The notes under the pieces were generated by a model. The model worked only from the letters and a program-made list of their open reading frames with translations. It made no database searches and had not been told where the DNA came from. Below, one piece after another: positions 10,057 through 21,051 of a DNA stretch of 64,000 nucleotides. Source of the stretch: an uncultured delta proteobacterium (GTDB taxonomy: Bacteria > Desulfobacterota > Desulfuromonadia > Desulfuromonadales > JACZKF01); the NCBI GenBank assembly GCA_963816395.1, contig CAWFKQ010000016.1, positions 320,001-384,000 on the forward strand, read 5' to 3'. The position numbers and the translations under genes are program-made. Each line of letters starts with the position of its first letter. Positions within the stretch are counted from its first letter, which is position 1.

Positions 10057-11610
10057 TCAGCGGCTTTCTTCCGGTCGGCCGGCGGCGGTGAAATAGCGAA
10101 CGATTTCTCCGGTCAGCGCCGTCAGGGTATATTCCTTCGGCTCTATCCGGACCCGGAGACCGAGTTCCCGGCAGGCTTTTGTGGTGATCGGCCCGATGGA
10201 AGCGACGGCGACCCGGTCGAGCAGAGAGGGCAGCCGGTCGGCGCCGAGCATGGCGGCCAGGTTGGCGACCGTGGAGGAGGAGGTGAAGGTGATGCAGTCG
10301 ATCCCTCCCGCCTCCAGCTCATCGATCACCCCGGCGGGCAGTGCTTCCGGGAGGAGATTGCGGTAGGCGACGGGGGCGACCACCTCCGCCCCCAGCCGGG
10401 AGAGTTCGGCGGGGATGACCTCCCGCGCCCGATCCGCCCGCGGAAAGAGGATCCTGCGGCCGGCGATCGGCAGCTGCCGAAAGGCGGCGACCACCCCTTC
10501 CGCCTTGTAATCGGCCGGCAGCAGATCGGCTTTGAGCCCGAAAGGAACCAGGGCGGCGGCGGTTTTGGGGCCGACGGCGCAGATCCGGCAGGGGCCGAAA
10601 GCCCGGGTATCCAGCCCCCGTTCGCCGAGGCGGTCGAAAAAGAAACGGACGGCGTTGACGGAGGTGAAGATCGTCCAGGCGAACTCCGGCAGACGGGAGA
10701 TGGCACCGTCGATCTCCTGCCAGCTCTCCGGCGGCACCAGGCGGATGGTGGGGCATTCGACGACCCGGGCGCCGCGGGCCTCCAGGAGGGCGGAAAATTC
10801 TCCGGCCTGGTCGGCGGCGCGGGTGACCATGACCGTCTTGCCGAACAGGGGGCGGTTGTCGAACCAGCGCAGCTCCTCGCGCAGGGCGACCACCTCGCCG
10901 ACGATGATCACCGCCGGCGGCTTGAAGCCGGTCTCCCGGACTTGTTCCACCACCGTTTCCAGGGTGGCGACCAGGGTCTGCTGGCGGGGCGTGGTGGCCC
11001 AGCGCACGAGCGCCACCGGCGTCTGCGGCGGCCGCCCGTGGGCCATGAGCCGTTCGGCGATCAGGGGCAGATTGGCGATCCCCATGTAAAAGACCAGGGT
11101 GCCGACTCCGGTCGCGAGTTTTTCCCAGTCGAGGCTGCTGACCCTTTTGGCCGGATTCTCGTGGCCGGTGACCAGGCCGAGGCTGGTGGTGAAATCGCGG
11201 TGGGTCAGGGGGATGCCGGCGTAGACGGCGGCGGCGAAACCGGCGGTCACTCCGGGCACCACCTCGAAGGGGATCCCGGCGCGGGCGAGGAACTGGGCCT
11301 CCTCCCCGCCGCGGCCGAAGACGTAGGGGTCGCCCCCTTTCAGCCGGACGACGATTTTCCCCTGTCCCGCCCGCTCGGCGAGCAGGGCGTTGATGCGCTC
11401 CTGGGGGGTATGGTGGCAGCCGCGGGTCTTGCCGACATAAAGGTGCTCGGCGCCGGGGGCCTCGCGGAGGAAATCGGGGTTGGCCAGGTAGTCGTAGATG
11501 ACCACCTCGGCGCGGCGCAGGCATTCCAGGCCGCGGACGGTGATCAGGCCGGGATCGCCCGGTCCGGCGCCGATCAGATAGACTATCCCTTTTTTACCAG
11601 AATCTTGCAT
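10057..11610 (-). CDS. cobA: uroporphyrinogen-III C-methyltransferase / uroporphyrinogen-III synthase fusion (CobA-HemD)
   Basis: GAGPGDPGLIT, RLKGGDPYVFGRGGEE, then HemD motifs VTRAADQ, FTSVNAV, FTSSSTV. Confidence 0.95.
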   Translation of the reverse strand: MQDSGKKGIVYLIGAGPGDPGLITVRGLECLRRAEVVIYDYLANPDFLREAPGAEHLYVGKTRGCHHTPQERINALLAERAGQGKIVVRLKGGDPYVFGRGGEEAQFLARAGIPFEVVPGVTAGFAAAVYAGIPLTHRDFTTSLGLVTGHENPAKRVSSLDWEKLATGVGTLVFYMGIANLPLIAERLMAHGRPPQTPVALVRWATTPRQQTLVATLETVVEQVRETGFKPPAVIIVGEVVALREELRWFDNRPLFGKTVMVTRAADQAGEFSALLEARGARVVECPTIRLVPPESWQEIDGAISRLPEFAWTIFTSVNAVRFFFDRLGERGLDTRAFGPCRICAVGPKTAAALVPFGLKADLLPADYKAEGVVAAFRQLPIAGRRILFPRADRAREVIPAELSRLGAEVVAPVAYRNLLPEALPAGVIDELEAGGIDCITFTSSSTVANLAAMLGADRLPSLLDRVAVASIGPITTKACRELGLRVRIEPKEYTLTALTGEIVRYFTAAGRPEESR

Positions 11611-11621
11611 GGCCCAACCGT

Positions 11622-11739
11622 GTAGGGGCACGGCATGCCGTGCCCCTAACAAATTTGCCCGAAATCACCAGCAGGGCACGGCGCGCCGTGCCCCTACAAA
11701 ATTACCGTTACCGGAGGGCACGGCATGCCGTGCCCCTAC
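11622..11739. repeat. cluster of three GTAG-type REP palindromes (GTAGGGGCACGGCRYGCCGTGCCC)
   Basis: copies at ~11622-11648 (+), ~11673-11697 (-), ~11715-11739 (-); same unit at 47779-47805. Confidence 0.85.
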
Positions 11740-12699
11740 GACCTCTTCGTTCTTCACGTTGAAGGTCTCGTGCTGATAGACCTCATTCAGGATTGCCGCG
11801 GCGCCCCGGATGAGCAGGTCGTCGGCGAGCGAGGCGCCGGCCAGCTCCGCTTCCGCTACCGGGTATTCCACGGTTTTTTTCAGCAGCCGGGTGCCGTCGA
11901 CGCTGGCCACCAGGCCGGTGAAGGCGAGGCGGTCGCCGTGCGTTTCGCCATAGGCGGCGATCGGCACCTGGCAGCCCCCTTCCAGTCGGCGCAGGAAGGC
12001 CCGTTCGGCCCGGACCGCCCAAGCCGTCGGCGGGTGGTTGAAGAAATCGATCAGGGCATTGGTCTCCGCATCGTCGAGGCGGCTCTCCAGCCCCAGGGCG
12101 CCCTGGCCGATGGCCGGCAGGGAAACGTCGGGGGGGAGGTATTCGCTGATCTGGCCGGCAAAGCCGAGCCGGTTCATGCCGGCGGCGGCCAGCACTACCG
12201 CATCCAGATCCTCGTCGGTCAACTTGCGGATGCGGGTCTCGACATTGCCGCGGATGTCGAGCATCTGGAAATCGGGGCGCAGGTGCAGCAGCTGTGCCTT
12301 GCGCCGCAGGCTGGAGGTGCCGATGCGGGCACCCTGGGGAAGCTCGCGGAAACTGGCGAAGCCCGGCTTGAGAATGACGATGTCGCGCGGGTCTTCCCGC
12401 TCGGTAATGCAGCGCAACCCCAGTTCCTCGGGGAATACCGTGGGCACGTCCTTCATCGAATGGACGGCGATATCGATCTCGCCGCGCAGCATCGCCTCCT
12501 CGATCTCCTTGACGAACAGGCCCTTGCCGCCGACCATGGCCAGCGGCACATCGAGGATCTTGTCCCCGGTGGTCTTGATCTTGGTCAGGGTGACTGCCAG
12601 CCCGGGGTGGCGCTTTTCCAGTTCGGACTTCACCCAGTTCGCCTGCCACAGGGCCAGCTGGCTGCCGCGGGTGCCGATACGGAGGGTTTCTTTGGCCAT
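11665..12699 (-). CDS. hemC: hydroxymethylbilane synthase
   Basis: IGTRGSQLALWQA, GGKGLFVKEIE, AVHSMKDVP, GTSSLRR, LEGGCQVP. Confidence 0.97.
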   Translation of the reverse strand: MAKETLRIGTRGSQLALWQANWVKSELEKRHPGLAVTLTKIKTTGDKILDVPLAMVGGKGLFVKEIEEAMLRGEIDIAVHSMKDVPTVFPEELGLRCITEREDPRDIVILKPGFASFRELPQGARIGTSSLRRKAQLLHLRPDFQMLDIRGNVETRIRKLTDEDLDAVVLAAAGMNRLGFAGQISEYLPPDVSLPAIGQGALGLESRLDDAETNALIDFFNHPPTAWAVRAERAFLRRLEGGCQVPIAAYGETHGDRLAFTGLVASVDGTRLLKKTVEYPVAEAELAGASLADDLLIRGAAAILNEVYQHETFNVKNEEVVGARHAVPSGNGNFVGARRAVPCW

Positions 12700-12721
12700 G
12701 GAATTTGGACTCCTTTATCGC

Positions 12722-14032
12722 TTATTCCGAATGCTCGTCCAGGGACTTCAATTCCCCGTCGGGACGGGGCGCTTCAAGGTCGAACAGGGTCCGCACGGTA
12801 TCGACGTAAATATCCCCGCCCGCCCCGTTCTGCGCCTGCTTCAGGGTGGTAATCGGCTGGTGCAGAACCTTGTTGATGATAGCCGTGCTCATCGCCTCGA
12901 TGGCCTTGCGCTCCCTGGCCCCGAGGTCCTTGAGGGTGGAGAAGGTTTTTTCCAGTTCACCGCGGCGGATCTCCTCCAGGCGGGTGCGCAGGGAGACAAT
13001 GGTGGGCACCACCTCCAGGCTGCCCAGCCAGCGATAGAACTGGCCGATTTCCTGGTCGATAATCCCCTCGGCTTTTTTCGCCTCCTTCTGTCGTTCCTTG
13101 AGGTTGGCCTGAACAACCCCCTGCAGGTCGTCGACATCGTAGAGGTAGACGTTGGACAGGTCGTTCACTTTCGGATCGATGTCGCGCGGCACGGCGATGT
13201 CGATGAAGAACATCGGCTTGTACTTGCGCTGACGCAGCACCTCCTCCACCTTCTTCGGGCCGAGGATGAAGGTGGGGGCGCCGGTGGAAGTGAGCACGAT
13301 GTCCACCTGGTGCAGGTGGAAGGGAAAATCGTCGAAGGAGACAGCCCGTCCCTTGAACTCCTCGGCCAGCTTCACCGCGCGTTCGAAAGTGCGGTTGGTC
13401 ACCAGAACGGAGGAAACACCATTGTTGAGGAAGTGACGGGCTGCCAGTTCGCACATCTCGCCGGCGCCGATCAGCATGACGCTCTTGCCGTCGAGGGTGC
13501 CGAAGATTTTGCGCGCCAGTTCTACGGCGGCAAAGGAGACCGATACCGCGTTGCTGGCGATCTCGGTTTCCGTGCGCACCTTCTTGGCCACCGAGAAGGC
13601 CTTATGCAGAAAACGGTTAAGGATCAGGCCGACCGTCTTGAATTCGGTGGCATAGCCGTAGGCGGTCTTGATCTGTCCCAGGATCTGCGGTTCGCCAATG
13701 ACCATCGAATCGAGGCTGGCGGCGACCCGGAAGACGTGGCGGATGGCCTCTTCCCCCTCGTATTCGTAAAGGTGCGTTTCCAGAACCTCCTGGGGGATGC
13801 CGTGGAAAGTGGCGAGGAAATGCCGCAACTGCACCTTGCACATCTCGGCATCGCGGCTGGTGGCGTAGAATTCAACCCGATTGCAGGTGGAGACGATCAT
13901 CCCCTCGATGACTGCCGGCAGGGAAGTCAACCCCTTCAGAGGCCTTTCCATGGCGGTAGGGGAAAAGGCTACCTTTTCGCGTATCTCAACGGGGGCTGTC
14001 TTGTGGCTCAGACCCACAACGATGATGGTCAT
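12722..14032 (-). CDS. hemA: glutamyl-tRNA reductase
   Basis: [47 protein letters not shown]. Confidence 0.97.
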   Translation of the reverse strand: MTIIVVGLSHKTAPVEIREKVAFSPTAMERPLKGLTSLPAVIEGMIVSTCNRVEFYATSRDAEMCKVQLRHFLATFHGIPQEVLETHLYEYEGEEAIRHVFRVAASLDSMVIGEPQILGQIKTAYGYATEFKTVGLILNRFLHKAFSVAKKVRTETEIASNAVSVSFAAVELARKIFGTLDGKSVMLIGAGEMCELAARHFLNNGVSSVLVTNRTFERAVKLAEEFKGRAVSFDDFPFHLHQVDIVLTSTGAPTFILGPKKVEEVLRQRKYKPMFFIDIAVPRDIDPKVNDLSNVYLYDVDDLQGVVQANLKERQKEAKKAEGIIDQEIGQFYRWLGSLEVVPTIVSLRTRLEEIRRGELEKTFSTLKDLGARERKAIEAMSTAIINKVLHQPITTLKQAQNGAGGDIYVDTVRTLFDLEAPRPDGELKSLDEHSE

Positions 14033-14053
14033 AGGCAAAGGTCCTTCCGCCGG

Positions 14054-14888
14054 CTACCGGCCATGCAGGGACCGGAAGCTGTGTTCACCGGAGAGCAGCA
14101 GGTTGACGCCGAGGAAAGTGAACAGGAGGCAGAGAAAGCCGATGATGGCGAAGATGGCTGCCCGCCGGCCGCGCCAGCCGACGGTCAGCCGGCCGTGCAG
14201 CAAGGCGGCATAGAAGAACCAGGTGATCAGCGCCCAGGTCTCCTTGGGGTCCCAGCTCCAGTAGCCGCCCCAGGCGGAATTGGCCCAGACCGCGCCGGTA
14301 ATGATCCCCATGGTCATCAGGGGAAAGCCGAAGGTCAGGCACTTGTAGTTGATGCTGTCGAGGGTTTCCAGGGACGGCAGGCGGTAGTAAAGGGCGGAGA
14401 ACGACTTGCTCTTCAGCATGCGCTCCTGCAGCAGATACATGATTCCGGCAATAAAGGCGACGGCGAACACGGCATCGCCGAGAAATGCCAGGGAGACGTG
14501 CACCGGGAACCACCAGCTCTGCAGGGCCGGATTGACCGCCTGTGACGGTCTGGGGAACGGCGCTGCCGAGAAGCATCAGCGCCAGGGCCAGCGGGCAGAC
14601 GAAGGCGCCGAGGACGTTCAGGCGGTAGCGCAGGTCGAAGAGAAGGAAAATACCGACGATGGCCCAGGCGAAAAAAGAGAGAGATTCGTAAAGATTGGTC
14701 ACCGGCGTATGGCCGACGGCGAAATAACGGGTGACCAGGACGGCGCAGTGCAGGACGAAGCCGCCGGTCAGCAGCCAGCGCGCGATTTTCCCCGCCTGCT
14801 CGCGGCGGGCGATGACATCAGTAAAGTAAAATGCAGTGGCGGCGAAATAGACCAGGAGAGTAATTTTGAAGAGCAGAAAATTGATCAT
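14054..14888 (-). CDS. ccsA: cytochrome c biogenesis protein CcsA/ResC-like (frameshift near 14543)
   Basis: [18 protein letters not shown] (WWD motif), [19 protein letters not shown]. Confidence 0.9.
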
Positions 14889-15547
14889 GTCTCCTCTTTG
14901 GGAAGGCGAACTCCAAGAGCCGCAAGGGAGCAGTCCTTGCCGGCAAGAGTCTCCAGCAGCCGGTCAATGCGGGCGGCAGAGCCGCCGGCGATCAGGGAAG
15001 GGAGGTCACCCTCCAGAAGCTGGTGCAAAATCCATGAATTATATTCAACTTCCGGCTGGCGTGTCAATTTCTTTTGCCGCAGGGCGGCGGCGATTTCAAC
15101 CACCGTCGCCCACTCGGGGCCGAGCACGCGGGACAGTCGGTCGCGCACCAGGGCCGCCAGGGCGGGACTGTTCCCGGTGGTAGAAACGGCGACCGTAAGT
15201 GCGCCCCGCTGCAGCAGCGCCGGAAGAGAAAAATCACCCGCTTCCGGGGCGTCGGCCACGTTTACCGGAATGCCGGCCGCCCGGGCGTCGGCGGCAACGG
15301 CGGTATTCACCTGCCGGTCGCCGGCAGCGGCGAAGGCGAGGGAAGCCCCGGATAGATCGCCCTGGCGATAGGCACGGTTAATGACTTCGATCCCTGGGAG
15401 TTCCTGCCGGTTCACCGCCGGGTCGATCAGGCGCACCCGGGCACCCGCCTGGTGCAGGGCGCGCGCCTTGCGGATTCCCACCGGGCCGCCGCCGACGACC
15501 AGGCACAGGCGCCCCTGCAGATGAAAGACGATCGGAAATCCAGACAT
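14885..15547 (-). CDS. precorrin-2 dehydrogenase (SirC/Met8p/CysG N-terminal type)
   Basis: CLVVGGGPVGIRKA, VNVADAPEAGDFSLPA, VAVSTTGNSPALA. Confidence 0.9.
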   Translation of the reverse strand: MSGFPIVFHLQGRLCLVVGGGPVGIRKARALHQAGARVRLIDPAVNRQELPGIEVINRAYRQGDLSGASLAFAAAGDRQVNTAVAADARAAGIPVNVADAPEAGDFSLPALLQRGALTVAVSTTGNSPALAALVRDRLSRVLGPEWATVVEIAAALRQKKLTRQPEVEYNSWILHQLLEGDLPSLIAGGSAARIDRLLETLAGKDCSLAALGVRLPKEET

Positions 15548-15564
15548 TCCAACGCCCCCCAGGT

Positions 15565-16137
15565 TCAAGTGCCGAAGAGTTCCCCTTCGATCATCTCACA
15601 AAGCAGATGGCCGAAGAAAAGTGCGCCCTCGATGGCGCGCGGCACCGAAATGGTGTCCAGGCGGAAAAGAAAATCGGGGGATTCGCCAACCGTTTCCTCA
15701 GGCCCGGGTCGCAGAACGGCGGTGAGGCAGCCCGCCTGGCGGCTAACCGTCAGCCCCTCTTCGAGGGCCTCTTCGCGGTGAAAACCAGCCAAGGCGAGGA
15801 CGATGTCTTCCGGGGTGGCGACTACCCGCAACTGGCGGGCGAAGAACTGGCGTCCCTGGCCGTCCCGCTCCAGGGCGGTAGCCAGGGTAATGTCGTGACA
15901 GAGGGAAAGTACGGGCAGAGGCGGCCTTTCCAGGGCCAGTCGATGCATAAACTGGTTCGCCACCAGGTTGGCGACGGCGCCCAGGGAACCGTTGCCGAGC
16001 AGCAGGAGCCGTCCTCCCTGCTGGAAGGATTCGGCCACTCGGCCGGCAAAGCCGGCTATCGCTTCCTCCTGAACGTTGAAATTCTCGAGAGAGGAGTTCT
16101 GTTCCCGTACTGCACGGGCAATTTTATCGGACAACAT
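15565..16137 (-). CDS. SIS-domain protein, GmhA/DiaA-like with degenerate motifs
   Basis: GGRLLLLGNGSLG, LERPPLP, FFARQL, GHLLCEMIE resemble GmhA. Confidence 0.8.
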   Translation of the reverse strand: MLSDKIARAVREQNSSLENFNVQEEAIAGFAGRVAESFQQGGRLLLLGNGSLGAVANLVANQFMHRLALERPPLPVLSLCHDITLATALERDGQGRQFFARQLRVVATPEDIVLALAGFHREEALEEGLTVSRQAGCLTAVLRPGPEETVGESPDFLFRLDTISVPRAIEGALFFGHLLCEMIEGELFGT

Positions 16138-16379
16138 ACCGTCAATCCCCATTTCAAGACCCGAGAAGGATAGGGTGCCGCCTGTCGCCCTGTCAAGAAG
16201 AACTCATGTTGTGACCATCGCCGAAAAATTCTTTTTTTCAACACCGAAATCAATCGTTGCCACCTGGGGCCTTCGGCTCGGGATGAATTAACGCCTTGAT
16301 TTTTTTAGAGGGTGCTTTATGATTAACGGAAATAATCTCGCGGAATTTTCAATTAACATACCCCCGAGGAGAACCGACA

Positions 16380-16709
16380 ATGGCGAGCGATAAGGTCCTG
16401 CAGCTTTCGGACGATAGCTTCGAGCGGGAAGTGCTGAAGTCCTCCACCCCCGTTCTGGTCGATTTCTGGGCTTCCTGGTGTGCCCCCTGTAAGGCGATCA
16501 GTCCGGTGGTGGATGCCCTGGCCGACGATTATGACGGCAAGGTGAAGATCGGCAAGCTCAATGTCGACGAAAACCCGGCCACGCCCGGCCAGTACGGGGT
16601 GCGCGGTATCCCGACGCTGATCCTGTTCAAAGATGGCAAGGTGGTGGATCAGGTGGTCGGCGCCGTTCCCAAGAACCAGCTTGAGGGACTGATTAAAAAA
16701 GCGCTCTGA
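16380..16709 (+). CDS. trxA: thioredoxin
   Basis: VDFWASWCAPCK, YGVRGIPTL. Confidence 0.97.
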   Translation: MASDKVLQLSDDSFEREVLKSSTPVLVDFWASWCAPCKAISPVVDALADDYDGKVKIGKLNVDENPATPGQYGVRGIPTLILFKDGKVVDQVVGAVPKNQLEGLIKKAL

Positions 16710-16724
16710 CTCTCCGCCAGCAAT

Positions 16725-16777
16725 GGCAGAAAGAAAAAGGACCCGGCCGGAGATGGCGGGTCCTTTTTCTTTCTGCC
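16725..16777. terminator. bidirectional intrinsic terminator
   Basis: GGCAGAAAGAAAAAGGACCC...GGGTCCTTTTTCTTTCTGCC between convergent genes. Confidence 0.85.
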
Positions 16778-16780
16778 GAC

Positions 16781-17353
16781 TCAGCGGCCAGCCGGCGGCC
16801 CCACCGGTGTTCCCGGCGGCGACCCGGGCGGCGGCTCGACCGGCGCTCCCGGTGGCGTTTCGACCGCTGATTCGATGGGTGCCAACTCCTGTTCCACCGC
16901 CTCCTGCTCCTCCGGGGTGAGGGAAGATTGGGCCAACCGGTCGCGGAAATCCTCGATTCTCTGGCGGAGCTGCTGGAGGCGGTCTTCCGCCTGCTGCACG
17001 GTTTCCGGCGGCAGGTTGGGAGAAGTCCGGGCCTCAGCCTGCTGATAGCTCCGGGTCAACTGGCGGGCTTCCGTCCGCCATTGCGCCACGGGCGAAGCCT
17101 GGGTGCTGCCGGCGGTTCCCGCCGGCGGCGGGGGAGTTTCCTGGCTTCCCGGCGGCGGTGGTTCGGCCCTTTTCCCGGGCGGGACGCTGGTTTCCTTGCG
17201 CAGGATCTGGACTTCCTCCGCCTGGCAACCGGGAGGGAAATTCTCCAGGTCATCGGTGAGAAAGAGGTTGCCCTTGGCATCCCGGCACTGATAGATGGTC
17301 GCCTGGGCCGGACCGGAAACCAGGAAGAGCAGCAGAATGGCTGTCCAGATCAT
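16781..17353 (-). CDS. exported DUF4124-like protein with Pro-rich linker and coiled coil
   Basis: signal peptide then ATIYQCRDAKGNLFLTD; GGAGG before ATG 17353. Confidence 0.75.
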   Translation of the reverse strand: MIWTAILLLFLVSGPAQATIYQCRDAKGNLFLTDDLENFPPGCQAEEVQILRKETSVPPGKRAEPPPPGSQETPPPPAGTAGSTQASPVAQWRTEARQLTRSYQQAEARTSPNLPPETVQQAEDRLQQLRQRIEDFRDRLAQSSLTPEEQEAVEQELAPIESAVETPPGAPVEPPPGSPPGTPVGPPAGR

Positions 17354-17456
17354 CTCACTCCTCCGCTGAATAGGTATGGAGCGGATCTCTCTTCGTACAA
17401 TAGCAGGGGGGGAGGAAAGTGCAAGGCGGGGGAACCCCGGGTTGACGGCAGTCTGC

Positions 17457-17969
17457 CTACTCCGGGCCTGGCGCTTTTTCCCTGGCCGCGCGCAGCAGCC
17501 GGAAAATCTCCCGGGCTGACTGCCGGTCGTTGCCGGCTTGCACCGCTTCGGCCAGGCGGCTGAGGCGGCCCGTATCCAGATCCGGCAGACAGACTGAGAT
17601 CTCCTGCAGCGCCCGGGCACATTCGGCCGGGCGGCAGAGCCGGTCCCGCCATTCCTCCAGCCGATGGAAATCTTCCTGCTCCTGGTGGTGTCGGCGGTCG
17701 AAACCGCCAAGAAATTCACTCAGGTAGGTCAGTTCCTCCGGGTGGCGACGCAGCAGAGCGGCCAAGTGGCGGATCTGGCGATCGCGGGAGCTGTGTCCCC
17801 GGGTAGCTCGGGCGAGCAGGGTCTCCCGGCGAAGGTCCTGGTCGATCGACATTTTCCTTATGGCCGCTTCCGGCAGCGCGACCAACGACCGGGCCAGATC
17901 TTCCACAGCCTTGGCATCGCGCTTGCGCGCCGAGCGGCTCGGCGTCGTTAACTGGTCTTCTGTCATCAA
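17457..17969 (-). CDS. yjgA: ribosome biogenesis factor YjgA/DarP (DUF615)
   Basis: [38 protein letters not shown]. Confidence 0.88.
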   Translation of the reverse strand: MMTEDQLTTPSRSARKRDAKAVEDLARSLVALPEAAIRKMSIDQDLRRETLLARATRGHSSRDRQIRHLAALLRRHPEELTYLSEFLGGFDRRHHQEQEDFHRLEEWRDRLCRPAECARALQEISVCLPDLDTGRLSRLAEAVQAGNDRQSAREIFRLLRAAREKAPGPE

Positions 17970-18415
17970 AGTTCCTTTCGGCTGTCGAGCAGCATGGTTA
18001 CCGGCCCCTGGTTGACCAGCCGCACTTCCATCATCGCCTGGAAAATGCCGGTGGCTACCGTCAGGCCGAGTTCGCGCAGCCGTGCCACATAGGTCTCGTA
18101 AAGGCTGGCGGCCTCGGCCGGGGGAGCCGCCCGGGTGAAGCTGGGACGGCGTCCCTGGCGGCAGTCGGCCAGAAGGGTGAACTGGGAAACCACCAGGACC
18201 TCGCCACCGGTTTCGGTGAGCGAAAGATTCATTCTCCCGTCGGCATCCTCAAAAATCCGCAGCCGCGCGGTTTTCTCCGCCAGGTAGCGGGCGTCCTCCT
18301 CACCGTCGCCGGCCGCCACCCCCAGCAGGATCAGCAGCCCGGCGCCGATCTCTCCGACGCTCCGTCCATCGACAGTCACCCCGGCGGCGGAAACCCGCTG
18401 CAGCACCGCGCGCAT
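17966..18415 (-). CDS. dtd: D-aminoacyl-tRNA deacylase
   Basis: [29 protein letters not shown]. Confidence 0.97.
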   Translation of the reverse strand: MRAVLQRVSAAGVTVDGRSVGEIGAGLLILLGVAAGDGEEDARYLAEKTARLRIFEDADGRMNLSLTETGGEVLVVSQFTLLADCRQGRRPSFTRAAPPAEAASLYETYVARLRELGLTVATGIFQAMMEVRLVNQGPVTMLLDSRKEL

Positions 18416-18419
18416 CCGG

Positions 18420-19277
18420 CTACTCCGCCGCCAGTTCGTGCAGGGTGGCGAGATTCATCCGGTCGCAGGCATCATCCTCCCCCTTGGGTGTCTCGAGAAT
18501 CTTCGGGACGTTTCGCAGGCGGGAATCCCGCAGCAGGGCGCGGAAACCGGCACGGCCAATCGCTCCCCGGCCGATGTGCTCGTGGCGGTCGACCCGGGAG
18601 CCCAGGCCCTTCCGGGTGTCGTTGAGGTGAAAGGCACAGAGCCGGGAAAGTCCGATACGCCGGTCGAATTCCTCCATCACCGCCGCATATCCTTCGGCGC
18701 TGCCCAAATCGTAGCCGGCGGCGAAGGCGTGGCAGGTGTCGAAGCAGACGCCGAAGCGTCCCCCGGGAACTTTTTCCATGATCTCGGCCAGATGCTCGAA
18801 GCGGCCGCCGAGATAACTCCCCTGACCGGCGGTGTTCTCCAGCAGCACGGTGACCCCCGGCGGCGCCTCGGCGAACAGGCGGCGGAAGGCTTCGGCGATG
18901 CGCTCCAGGCCCACCGCTTCACCCTTGCCCAGGTGCGCGCCGGGATGCATCACCAGGAAGGGGATACCGAGGGCGGCGCAGCGCTGCATTTCATCGGCGA
19001 AGGCGGCCAGAGACTGGTGCCATACGTCCTGGTCAGGCGCCGCCAGGTTGATCAGGTAGCTGTCGTGAGCGAGCACCGGGCCGATCGGACTGGTTTTCCA
19101 GGCCAGGCGGAAAGCCGCGGTTTCCTCCCCCGTCAGTGCTTTCGCCTGCCAGCGATTGGCATTTTTGGTGAAGACCTGGATGGCGGTGCAGCCGAGCTTC
19201 TCTCCCCGGCCGAAGGCCAGGGACAGGCCGCCGGCGATGGACATGTGGGCGCCGATCGGCAGGGGCGAGTCTTTCAT
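18420..19277 (-). CDS. nfo: endonuclease IV
   Basis: [46 protein letters not shown]. Confidence 0.96.
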   Translation of the reverse strand: MKDSPLPIGAHMSIAGGLSLAFGRGEKLGCTAIQVFTKNANRWQAKALTGEETAAFRLAWKTSPIGPVLAHDSYLINLAAPDQDVWHQSLAAFADEMQRCAALGIPFLVMHPGAHLGKGEAVGLERIAEAFRRLFAEAPPGVTVLLENTAGQGSYLGGRFEHLAEIMEKVPGGRFGVCFDTCHAFAAGYDLGSAEGYAAVMEEFDRRIGLSRLCAFHLNDTRKGLGSRVDRHEHIGRGAIGRAGFRALLRDSRLRNVPKILETPKGEDDACDRMNLATLHELAAE

Positions 19278-19940
19278 CCCCGCTCCCCCCAGGCAGCGGC
19301 CGCTTCGGTGGCGAACCAGAACTCGAGAGCCCGCGGCAGCCCGTCCAAAGTGGGGATATGAACATCGACGAAGGGAGGGGTTTCGCCTCCCCCGACCAGT
19401 ACCGTCCCCATGCCGAGTTCTTTAGCGGTCTGCAGGTTGGCCGCCGAATCCTCGACCATAAGGCATTTATCGCCCGGCAGGCACAGGTGCTCCATAACCT
19501 TGTGGTAGGGGGCGGCCATCGGCTTGGGAAGATAGGAGGCGACGCGGATATCGAAAACTTCCTCGAACAGGTCGTGCAGGCCGAGCACGCGCAGGACCCG
19601 GTCGGCATGCCCCCGCGAGCCGTTGGTAAAAACCACCCGGCGCAGGGGGGAGGCTTTCGATCATCCGCCGCAGCGCGGCGTCGTTCTGGAGGCGGCCGGC
19701 GACATCGACGTCATGAACGTATTCCAGATAGTCCTCCGGATCGACCGACCAGTGGCGGATCAGTCCCCCCAGGGTCACCCCGTAATCGGCCCAGTAACGC
19801 CGCCGCAGCCCGTCCACTTCACCGGCCGGAATCCCCACCACCTCGCACATGTAGCGGTTGATCCGCTTGTCGATTAGGGAGAAGAGCTCCCGCTCCGGCG
19901 GGTAGAGGGTGTTGTCGAGATCGAAAATGATAGCTTGCAT
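19274..19940 (-). CDS. HAD-family pyrimidine 5'-nucleotidase-like hydrolase (frameshift in homopolymer run ~19645)
   Basis: FDLDNTLY, FTNG, PKP, MVEDSAANL across two frames. Confidence 0.85.
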
Positions 19941-19944
19941 CAGA

Positions 19945-20061
19945 AATTTCGAATTTTGAATGTTGAATTTTGAATTATAACCATCATAGGTACCATCATC
20001 TGAATTCCGTGGGGTTGGGTTTTTGCCTCAATTTAAAATTAAGAATTCAAAATTCAAAATT
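19945..20061. repeat. inverted array of AATTTTG heptamers (two 32-bp arms)
   Basis: left arm 19945-19976 (aatttcg aattttg aatgttg aattttg), right arm 20030-20061 (taaaatt aagaatt caaaatt caaaatt). Confidence 0.8.
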
Positions 20062-20067
20062 CCGCAT

Positions 20068-20907
20068 TTACTGCGGATCGTACTCCCCCTCGAAGACCTG
20101 CACCGCCGGGCCGGTCATAAAGACGTGCCCGTCCTCCGCCCATTCCATTTCCAGATCTCCGCCCGGCAGGTGATTGAGCAGCAGGCGACCGGTGCGGCCG
20201 TTCAGCACGCCGGCGACGGTCACCGCGGCCGCGCCGGTGCCGCAGGCAAGGGTCTCGCCCGCTCCGCGCTCCCAAGTGCGCTGCCGAACTTCAGCCGGGG
20301 AGATCACTTCGACGAATTCGACGTTGGTGCGGTTGGGGAAAAATGGATGGCGCTCAAGCGCCGGCCCGTACTTCTCCACCGGGAATTCGCCGACGTTGTC
20401 GACGAAGACGACGCAGTGAGGGTTGCCCATGGACAGGCAGGTGAGATGAAAAGTGCGATCGAGAATATTCACCGCCGCCGCGACCGTCTGCTCGTCGGGG
20501 GGGCCGGTCATGGGGATTTCCCCCCGGGTCAGGCGGGGCTTGCCCATGTTCACCCGCACCTTCTCGACCCGGTTGCCGGCGTTGACCTGCAGTTGCAGGG
20601 TGAGGACGCCGGCGCCGGTCTCCACGGCGATTTCCCGCCCAGCCACCAGCCCGTGCTCATAGGCGTACTTGGCGACGCAGCGTACGCCATTGCCGCACAT
20701 CTCCGCCTCGCTGCCGTCGGCGTTGAACATCCGCATGCGCACCGCCGCCACTTTCGAGGGAAGGATGAGTATCAGGCCGTCGGAGCCGACGCCGAAATGG
20801 CGGTCGCTCAGCGCTGCCGCCAGACCTGAGGGATCCTCCACCGGCTGATCGAAGCCGTTGATGTAGACGTAATCGTTGCCTGCCCCATGCATCTTGACGA
20901 ATTTCAT
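20068..20907 (-). CDS. dapF: diaminopimelate epimerase
   Basis: [39 protein letters not shown]. Confidence 0.97.
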   Translation of the reverse strand: MKFVKMHGAGNDYVYINGFDQPVEDPSGLAAALSDRHFGVGSDGLILILPSKVAAVRMRMFNADGSEAEMCGNGVRCVAKYAYEHGLVAGREIAVETGAGVLTLQLQVNAGNRVEKVRVNMGKPRLTRGEIPMTGPPDEQTVAAAVNILDRTFHLTCLSMGNPHCVVFVDNVGEFPVEKYGPALERHPFFPNRTNVEFVEVISPAEVRQRTWERGAGETLACGTGAAAVTVAGVLNGRTGRLLLNHLPGGDLEMEWAEDGHVFMTGPAVQVFEGEYDPQ

Positions 20908-21051
20908 TTCGGCGCTCCTTTCCGGCCGCTGGCAGCGCCGGTTTCACAGTATAGACGAAATCCGCCACCGCTCACAAGGCCTCCGGGGAGTTGACCGGAA
21001 ACCATTCCTTACGTATCATGAACAGACCATAATCGGAAGGAGCAAGCCGTC

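Noticed and set aside
11622..11739. Three similar ~27-bp palindromes as a mini CRISPR array
   Set aside because: Mixed orientation, GTAG-REP structure, dispersed copies elsewhere and no cas genes.
12038..14545. 835-aa plus-strand ORF
   Set aside because: Antisense shadow of hemC/hemA/ccsA in GC-rich DNA; no motifs.
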